NCBI GenBank assembly: GCA_023396615.1 | Contig: JAEWVM010000066.1 | Coordinates: forward strand, 1 to 53,353 | Direction of reading: 5' to 3' | From: Spirochaetota bacterium | GTDB lineage: Bacteria > Spirochaetota > UBA4802 > JAFGJZ01 | Length of the DNA stretch: 53,353 nt | Shown here: piece after piece, positions 47,443 to 53,353 of the stretch | Position numbering within the stretch: the first letter of the stretch is position 1 | Layout of the letters: every line of letters starts with the position of its first letter | The notes under the pieces: model-generated | The model's input: only the letters and a program-made list of their open reading frames with translations | The model's database searches: none | What the model was told of the DNA's origin: nothing | Made by a program: the position numbers and the translations under genes

Positions 47443-48582
47443 TTACTTCTTTTGTTCATTCTCGAAATAGGTAAACTGATAGCCTCCGGCTATGAAGGTA
47501 TCGCCTTCACGAAGAAAAACTTCTTTTTTGTTTCCTGCATATTCTACAGGAGTACTGTTATCTTCATCAATTATAACTTTTAGAGCGCCTGAAAACTTTT
47601 TGGCTATAAATATCACAGGTTTTCTGTCTGAAAAGTCCATTATTCTGTAACTATCGAGGGCATTACGTCCAACCGTAACCTTTCCTTCTTTAAACTGCCC
47701 CAAATCCACCTGCTTAATCTCAGGACGGAAAGTACCAACTTGTTTAAATTCAACAGTACCACGAACTTTTGCCGCATTCTTAGCTATAATTACTATTAAG
47801 TAAATCAAAAGAGCCAGAAGAAGGATAGGAATTACCACAAAAAGTAATTTTTTCCATCTTTCAAAACTATTCTGACTATCAATTTCATCAATTTCCGACT
47901 GAAGTCCTTCAGAGATAGCCGCATTCGGATCGTCTTTGCCGCCAATTACAGTTGTTTTTGATGCAACATTATCAGCAACATCCTTCGTTATACCTGATAG
48001 TTTCGCGTTTTCTTTCGCTTCACCCAGGCTGACGAAATATATAAACCAATCTTTCGGATCGCCTTTTGCGATATCTTTAATATTAAGCTGTTTTGATCTA
48101 AGCGCAGGAGGAGGATCATCCAATGCGTCAGTAAGAATTACGATTACAACCTGACGGTCGCCGTTCTGAGAATCAATTTCTTCAGCTTTTTTTACTATAA
48201 CTGAAAGCATATCCATGGTATAGGTCCAAAAACCTTTCGCTTCAACCATTGATATGTACTTCTTGATCACATCCGTCTTTGCCGCACTGTCAATTTGAAC
48301 AGTCGGATAAAGCCTTGTAGTCTCATCAAATGTCGCAAATGTAAACGAGTCTCCCTCAATCAGCTTATCCACCTGAGAATTGAGACTGTCTTTTACCTGT
48401 GAAAGAATGTTCTGTCCGCCCTGGCCTACCATACTCATCGAAGTATCGAGTACGACAATCATGTCTTTTCCCGAACCTGAAAAACCTTCCGATGAATCAA
48501 CCGAATCCTTTTTCTCTTTTGAACAGGATGGAAGAAAAGATAGAACCAACAACAGGAGAGCCAATAATTTTAAGTTTTTCAC
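47443..48582 (-). CDS. lipoprotein with a periplasmic vWA domain, one TM helix and a cytoplasmic FHA-like domain
   Basis: Lipobox FLPSC. MIDAS motif VVLDTSMSM. TM LLFVVIPILLLALLIYLIVII. C-terminal ..GKVTVGRNALDSYRIMDFSDRKPVIFI...FLREGDTFIAGGYQFTYFE has an FHA-like GR motif and beta pattern, but no canonical SxxH. Confidence 0.6.
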   Translation of the reverse strand: MKNLKLLALLLLVLSFLPSCSKEKKDSVDSSEGFSGSGKDMIVVLDTSMSMVGQGGQNILSQVKDSLNSQVDKLIEGDSFTFATFDETTRLYPTVQIDSAAKTDVIKKYISMVEAKGFWTYTMDMLSVIVKKAEEIDSQNGDRQVVIVILTDALDDPPPALRSKQLNIKDIAKGDPKDWFIYFVSLGEAKENAKLSGITKDVADNVASKTTVIGGKDDPNAAISEGLQSEIDEIDSQNSFERWKKLLFVVIPILLLALLIYLIVIIAKNAAKVRGTVEFKQVGTFRPEIKQVDLGQFKEGKVTVGRNALDSYRIMDFSDRKPVIFIAKKFSGALKVIIDEDNSTPVEYAGNKKEVFLREGDTFIAGGYQFTYFENEQKK

Positions 48583-48756
48583 CTGTTACCCCGCCGAATT
48601 AATAATATCGCAAAAGCATTATATTTTTTTACATACACGCAGTCACAGTGTCAAGATTAATTCGCATCCTGACACTATAAAAGGCTGAATCTGCCCTTTA
48701 TAAATCGGCATAATCGGGGGATTATCTCACAAAAGAATCAAAAAACAAGGAATAGA

Positions 48757-49509
48757 TCAATATTCGTTATAATGAACAGCTTCTTTTACATATGATCTTA
48801 AATCAAGATCCTTTGCAGTTTTCGATTCAACATATTCGTTTAGAAGAAGAAAAAACCATTTCATTGTATCTTCACCGGTCTCGAGAGCTATAAAACTTCT
48901 AGCGCCTTCCCGCCAATTTTTTATTATCAGACCCTTGCCGAGAACCATCATAATATCAAATTCAAACATCGGCTCAACAGAATCTTTATCATAAATATCA
49001 ATGACGGCTTCCTTAAGTTCGCTCAAAGAATATGTTGTATGCAATGCGATAATAAACCCCGGGATAAACGCCGGATCTTCCGCGTCCTCGGAATAATGAT
49101 CTATTTTTTTAATCAGAGCGGCTTTTATCAAAACATCCGTAAGCTGTTTGTGGTTTACTTCTTCAATGACATTAAACGAAGCAGCTGCAAGTTCTGCAGG
49201 AACAGCATCATGAAAAATATCATCGATTGCAGAAAATTTCTTTCTAACGGCAATAAAATCAGCTGAATCCGAAATATAACCCGACTGATCAGCGATTTTC
49301 TTGGACATAACACAAATTTCCGGAGAAAACATTGAAGCAACAGCATCCATAATGGGCTTATAATCTTTTTTTGCAGGTTTTTTTGCTTTAGAAGGAACAG
49401 GCGCGGAAACAGCATCCTTTTTTGAAGGTTTAGTATATGCCTTTAAAAGCTGTTTCTGAAGTTGATTAAAATAAGCACTAAACATCATACCCCCGGCTAT
49501 ACCGCTCAA
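48757..49509 (-). CDS. hypothetical cytoplasmic protein (about 245-250 aa)
   Basis: ORF with a Lys/Pro-rich N-terminal segment (KPSKKDAVSAPVPSKAKKPAKKDYKP). Start uncertain: TTG at 49509 or ATG at 49488/49485. Candidate promoter TTGACA, 17 nt, GATTAT at 49536-49564. Confidence 0.45.
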   Translation of the reverse strand: MSGIAGGMMFSAYFNQLQKQLLKAYTKPSKKDAVSAPVPSKAKKPAKKDYKPIMDAVASMFSPEICVMSKKIADQSGYISDSADFIAVRKKFSAIDDIFHDAVPAELAAASFNVIEEVNHKQLTDVLIKAALIKKIDHYSEDAEDPAFIPGFIIALHTTYSLSELKEAVIDIYDKDSVEPMFEFDIMMVLGKGLIIKNWREGARSFIALETGEDTMKWFFLLLNEYVESKTAKDLDLRSYVKEAVHYNEY

Positions 49510-49631
49510 TGACTTTTATCTATTATTGAAAATCTATAATCATAATACGCGTTAAGTCTGTCAATTAATTTTAAAACCTGAAACGTTTGAACATGATGAA
49601 AAGAGCAGAGTTATTATCGATAAAAACGGAT

Positions 49632-49704
<73 letters not shown>

Positions 49705-49713
49705 GATATGGAT

Positions 49714-49742
49714 ATTTCAGCAATACCGGACTTTCTTGTCAA
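49714..49742 (-). promoter_or_regulatory. sigma70-like promoter for tRNA-Lys
   Basis: On the minus strand: TTGACA, 17 nt, TGAAAT, ending 9 nt before the mature 5' end. Confidence 0.55.
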
Positions 49743-49830
49743 CAGCTTTTATTCTTCAAGCCGGCATTAAAATAATGGACTTATATTAGAAACCGGATAA
49801 GATTATATAATATTACCGGGAGGCAAGTTC

Positions 49831-50694
49831 ATGCGATTGAAAAAGAACCTTATACTTATACTTATATTCATTCTCCTGTTAGCGGTTTCAGCCGGGACAA
49901 AAGAAACATCTTTAAATGCAGCAGGCGGAATGATAATAAAAAAAACAGGACCCGACAGAATTCTCATGCATGCCCAACCTAAGGTCGGAGATTATGCTGT
50001 TTATTCCGTTAATGACGGAAAGAGAGTTTATGAAGTGACAACAGAAATTATCTCCGAGAAAAACGGTTTATTCTCCATTAAATCAACAGACGGCACCAAT
50101 TCTCTTTATATTGTCGCTGATAAAAACGGGTACGTAAAACAATACGGTTCTCCCGAAGGAGGATTTGATATTCCGGAATCTCCTGTTTCATATTTTTCGG
50201 ACGAAAAAGTTAAAGTTGATTATAACTCAAAAGAATTTGCAACCATACCGTTTTTCTATTCTTGGGAAATATCAGCTGAATCTTCCGGAATTCTTGTAAA
50301 CGCGGGTTCTTTAATCGCCCAATACTATGTCGCCTACTCCGTTCCTGATGTTAATTTCGGAGCACTGCTGATAAAATGCGAAACTGTTATGCACACAGGT
50401 TCTGAGCGAACCATGTTTGCTAAAATCGCCGGTCTCGCATTGATGACGCCGCATTATCTTTTCAAACCGCACTCCACCCTTTCTGCGCTTACAAATCAAT
50501 CAGATATTTCAGATTTCATATCTACAGCTATAATAGAAGAATCTCAGAAATCCGTAAAACGCAATATGGAAAAACAGGGCATTAAGGCGGATTTTTCGGG
50601 AGATGTACTAACAGGAGATTTCGGCATGAAACTTACAGCTTCCTTTACGATGAGGTTGACTTCATACGGAAACAAAAAAAACAAAAAGAGTTGA
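49831..50694 (+). CDS. secreted hypothetical protein (287 aa)
   Basis: Signal peptide MRLKKNLILILIFILLLAVSAG. GGGAGG lies 7 nt upstream of the ATG. No motif recognised. Confidence 0.55.
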   Translation: MRLKKNLILILIFILLLAVSAGTKETSLNAAGGMIIKKTGPDRILMHAQPKVGDYAVYSVNDGKRVYEVTTEIISEKNGLFSIKSTDGTNSLYIVADKNGYVKQYGSPEGGFDIPESPVSYFSDEKVKVDYNSKEFATIPFFYSWEISAESSGILVNAGSLIAQYYVAYSVPDVNFGALLIKCETVMHTGSERTMFAKIAGLALMTPHYLFKPHSTLSALTNQSDISDFISTAIIEESQKSVKRNMEKQGIKADFSGDVLTGDFGMKLTASFTMRLTSYGNKKNKKS

Positions 50695-50729
50695 CGGAAC
50701 AAGCATATTTGGCTATTTTGCCAAATATG
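50691..50729 (+). promoter_or_regulatory. promoter plus palindromic ArsR-type operator of the thiol-redox operon
   Basis: TTGACG (50691-50696), 17 nt, TATTTT (50714-50719). The perfect inverted repeat CATATTTGGC-N6-GCCAAATATG (50704-50729) brackets the -10 box, and its right arm contains the arsR ATG. Confidence 0.55.
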
Positions 50730-51053
50730 AAACATAAAGAGGATTACTACAAACTACGTTCAGAGATAATAAAAGCCATGGCGCACCCCAGCAGGCTTTT
50801 CATTATAGAAGAAATTTCTAAAGGCGAAAAGTGCGTCTGTGAACTTACCGATATGATCGGGGCGGATATTTCAACAATTTCAAAACATCTTTCTGTTCTG
50901 AAAAAAGCCGGAATTGTCACAGACAGAAAAGAGGGCACCACTGTTTTTTACCGTCTCAGAGTTGAATGTATAATGGACTTCATGAACTGCATCGACAACG
51001 TCATGAAATCAAATGCAAAAACAAGCATTAATGCAGCGAGGTGCTGCAAATGA
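50727..51053 (+). CDS. ArsR/SmtB-family metalloregulator (CVC type, Cys-rich C-terminus)
   Basis: ..IIKAMAHPSRLFIIEEISKGEKCVCELTDMIGADISTISKHLSVLKKAGIV... C-terminal ..ARCCK. Track ORF starts at TTG 50691; the ATG at 50727 gives a typical family N-terminus. Confidence 0.75.
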   Translation: MKHKEDYYKLRSEIIKAMAHPSRLFIIEEISKGEKCVCELTDMIGADISTISKHLSVLKKAGIVTDRKEGTTVFYRLRVECIMDFMNCIDNVMKSNAKTSINAARCCK

Positions 51054-51094
51054 TTTTTTTGAATCTATAAATATTTCAAATATAAGGAGGACTT

Positions 51095-51328
51095 ATGAAA
51101 GTGATAAAAATTCTCGGAACGGGATGCATGAAATGCGAAAAGCTTGAACAGAGTGCACGTAAGGCAGCCGAAGAACTCGGTATAGAATTTTCGATTGAGA
51201 AAGTCAAAGACCTCAACACAATAATGGATTACGGCGTAATGATGACCCCGGCTCTTGTCGTAGACGATGAAGTTAAATCTGTCGGCAAAATTCTTGATCC
51301 TGATGAAATAAAAAAATATCTAAAGTAG
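51095..51328 (+). CDS. small thioredoxin-fold protein (redox-active disulfide protein 2 family)
   Basis: 77 aa: MKVIKILGTGCMKCEKL... with CxxC after beta-1. AAGGAGG upstream. Confidence 0.75.
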   Translation: MKVIKILGTGCMKCEKLEQSARKAAEELGIEFSIEKVKDLNTIMDYGVMMTPALVVDDEVKSVGKILDPDEIKKYLK

Positions 51329-51337
51329 GAGAAAAAC

Positions 51338-51706
51338 ATGAGCTCATGCAATTGCGGAAACGCAAATTTAAGATTAATATATTCATGTTCCGGAGCAGCT
51401 GACGTAGGTTCTTTAAGCGACCTTGCGGCAAGAAAACTCCGCGAAGACAAGGTCGGTTCAATGAGCTGTCTTGCCGCAGTCGGAGCCGGGCTTAGCGGGT
51501 TCATTGAGTCGGCAAAAGCCGCAGATAAATGCATCACAATCGACGGATGTTCGGTAGCCTGCGCGAAAAAGAATCTTGAAAGTATCGGAGTTTCATCTAA
51601 GTCTTTCGTTTTAACGGAAATGGGATACGAAAAAGGAAATACTGCCGTAAATGAAAAAACGGTCAGTGAAGCAGTTTCAAAAATAAAAAATAATATTTGC
51701 GGGTAA
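51338..51706 (+). CDS. DGC-domain protein (putative zinc-binding)
   Basis: ..LIYSCSGAADVGSLSDLAARKL...MSCLAAVGA...ITIDGCSVACAKK is the eponymous DGC motif, plus N-terminal CNC. Confidence 0.65.
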   Translation: MSSCNCGNANLRLIYSCSGAADVGSLSDLAARKLREDKVGSMSCLAAVGAGLSGFIESAKAADKCITIDGCSVACAKKNLESIGVSSKSFVLTEMGYEKGNTAVNEKTVSEAVSKIKNNICG

Positions 51707-51712
51707 ATAATC

Positions 51713-52171
51713 ATGACTAATATAAGAAAAATAATAATTAGAATATTAATTGTTGCTGTAACCGGCTCATTCGTCTTCTTCATCTCAAATGTTTCTTTTA
51801 ACGGCTGTTCTTTCTCAAATAATGAAAGCAAATCTAACGGAGATCTCTCTGCAGCCGAGACATCAACAGCTAAGGAAAATTTTGATTTTTCAAAAATACA
51901 TTTCATTGAACTTGGTGCCGAGTATTGCGCTCCGTGCAGAATGATGAAACCTGTAATGAAACGCGTTGAAGAAACATACAAAGAAAAAGTTGAAGTGATT
52001 TTTCACGATATAACTACAAAAGACGGCAAAAAAGCCGCTCAGATTTTCGGGATAAGAGTGATCCCTACTCAGGTTTTCACTGATAAAAACGGAAAAGAAT
52101 TTTTCCGCCACGAAGGATTCTATCCGTTTGAAGAAATTCAAAAAATGCTGAAAGAGAAAGGAGTCGAATAA
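51713..52171 (+). CDS. membrane-anchored/exported thioredoxin-like protein (TlpA/ResA-like)
   Basis: N-terminal TM/signal anchor followed by a thioredoxin fold with the active site YCAPCRMM. Confidence 0.7.
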   Translation: MTNIRKIIIRILIVAVTGSFVFFISNVSFNGCSFSNNESKSNGDLSAAETSTAKENFDFSKIHFIELGAEYCAPCRMMKPVMKRVEETYKEKVEVIFHDITTKDGKKAAQIFGIRVIPTQVFTDKNGKEFFRHEGFYPFEEIQKMLKEKGVE

Positions 52172-52887
52172 TGATAGAAACTCTTTTCAATTCGCTTTCG
52201 GAAATGCTTTACGGAAATATGTATCTCGCGCTCGCATCAGCTTTCCTATGGGGAATTCTCAGCGTGATTCTTTCTCCGTGTCATATTGCGAGCATTCCGT
52301 TAATCGTAGGATTTATCGGCAATCAGGGGACGAGAAAAATATCAAAGAACGCTCTAATATCATCACTTTATTCAGCTGGAATTCTTTTAAGTCTTGTCAT
52401 AATCGGTTTTGCAACAATTCTTCTCGGACGCATCGCGGGAGATCTCGGAATAATTCCGAATGTAATCGTCTCTGTATTGATGATTACGATTGGACTTTAT
52501 CTCGCCGGATTTATCAGGCTGAAATTCATGGATAATGCGTGTAAAGTTCCGGCTTTAAAGAAACGCGGTTTATTTGCGGCATTCTCACTAGGCTTAATAA
52601 TAGGTCTTGCAGTAGGCCCGTGCACTTTCGCGTATCTCGCGCCGGTGCTCGGGATTTCATTCAGCCTCGCAAAGACTAATATTCTTTTTGCGGTTTTGCT
52701 GGTTTCAATGTACGCAATAGGTCACTGTCTCGTAATAATCGCTGGCGGAACTTTCATTCCTGCGGTTCAGTCGTTTTTGAACTGGAGCGATAAATCCAAG
52801 GGACTTATTATTGTAAAAAAAGTATGCGGAATAATCGTTATTCTTGCGGGCATTTATCTGATGTACAATGCGCTTAGAACATTGTAG
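52171..52887 (+). CDS. ccdA: CcdA/DsbD-family thiol-disulfide transmembrane electron transporter
   Basis: 6 TM helices with conserved Cys in LSPCHIASIP (TM1) and VGPCTFAYLAP (TM4). TAATG overlap with the upstream gene. Confidence 0.75.
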   Translation: MIETLFNSLSEMLYGNMYLALASAFLWGILSVILSPCHIASIPLIVGFIGNQGTRKISKNALISSLYSAGILLSLVIIGFATILLGRIAGDLGIIPNVIVSVLMITIGLYLAGFIRLKFMDNACKVPALKKRGLFAAFSLGLIIGLAVGPCTFAYLAPVLGISFSLAKTNILFAVLLVSMYAIGHCLVIIAGGTFIPAVQSFLNWSDKSKGLIIVKKVCGIIVILAGIYLMYNALRTL

Positions 52888-52898
52888 GAGAAATCAAT

Positions 52899-53353
52899 AT
52901 GTCAAAGGTTTTATCAAACAATATTAAACTCATATTATTCACTATAATTTTTGCTGGCGCATATTTTATCCCTTTTGACAACGTGATTGTCTCAGGCGCG
53001 GTAACTGAAGCGTTCATAATGCTTTCTGATTACGCGCGCGAACACGTTCTTCTTTGTCTTGTACCGGCGTTTTTCATAGCTGGTGCGATAACAGTTTTTT
53101 TAAATCAGCAGGCAGTAATAAAATATCTTGGGCCTAAGTCGAATAAATTTATAGCGTATTCGGTTGCTTCATTTTCAGGTGCTATTTTAGCCGTATGTTC
53201 ATGTACCGTGCTTCCTCTTTTCAAAGGCATTTACAAAAAAGGCGCCGGACTCGGTCCGGCTGTTTCCTTTCTTTATTCAGGACCGGCGATTAACATTCTC
53301 GCTATTGTTTTATCAGCGAAAATTCTGGGATTCAAACTCGGCGCCGCACGCGT
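52899..53353 (+). CDS. COG0701/ArsP-type permease, 5' part (runs off the window end)
   Basis: Not in the ORF track because it has no stop within the window. ATG at 52899 with AGGAG 8 nt upstream. My translation gives MSKVLSNNIKLILFTIIF...AILAVCSCTVLPLFKGIYKKGAGLGPAVSFLYSGPAINIL, the hallmark CSC..P...G.G...FL...P.N pattern. Confidence 0.7.
   Translation, partial: MSKVLSNNIKLILFTIIFAGAYFIPFDNVIVSGAVTEAFIMLSDYAREHVLLCLVPAFFIAGAITVFLNQQAVIKYLGPKSNKFIAYSVASFSGAILAVCSCTVLPLFKGIYKKGAGLGPAVSFLYSGPAINILAIVLSAKILGFKLGAAR

Noticed and set aside
51229-51981. 250-aa ORF on the minus strand across the Trx-like/DGC/thioredoxin genes
   Set aside because: It is antisense to three plus-strand genes that have RBSs and clear family motifs (CxxC, DGC). 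It has no RBS or recognisable motif of its own, and its composition mirrors the sense genes. It is an ORF-track artefact.

Overview
AT-rich 53 kb chromosomal segment, densely packed with about 56 protein genes in alternating strand blocks, plus one tRNA-Lys(CTT). Three things suggest an anaerobic spirochaete, probably Treponema-like (inference only): a CfpA-like filament gene next to a vWA lipoprotein, a complete moxR-DUF58-batABCD operon, and many signal-peptide proteins ending in Phe alongside many PAS/REC/HDOD/STAS signalling proteins.

Housekeeping genes I recognise are hflX, ilvBN, pyrD, glyQ, hisF, an ABC-F ATPase, an SSS symporter and an NrnA-like DHH phosphoesterase. I found no rRNA, CRISPR array, transposase, integrase, phage block, restriction-modification or obvious toxin-antitoxin genes. 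The window reads as core chromosome, not a mobile island.

No classical defence-type system is visible. The candidates most worth a second look:
1. An alpha/beta-hydrolase-fold protein whose nucleophile Ser is replaced by Gly (GEGFG) and which carries a histone-H1-like AKK-repeat tail (29900-30943).
2. A six-gene, cysteine-motif-rich operon under an ArsR repressor: Trx-like, DGC, exported Trx, CcdA and an ArsP-type permease. A perfect 10-6-10 operator brackets its -10 box (50691-53353).
3. An operon joining an LpoB-like lipoprotein and a large glycine-zipper lipoprotein to a PAS / degenerate-kinase / receiver protein (31056-34860).
4. A CfpA-like gene preceded by a vWA-TM-FHA-like lipoprotein (45399-49509).
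5. Three divergent tandem sHSP genes behind a perfect CIRCE element (35725-36985).
6. A GHKL-HDOD fusion divergent from a CheY plus tail-anchored-protein pair (38957-42150).

All product calls come from reading motifs in the translated ORFs. No database search was possible. Several track ORFs begin at TTG/GTG extensions and were trimmed to an internal ATG with a Shine-Dalgarno sequence.
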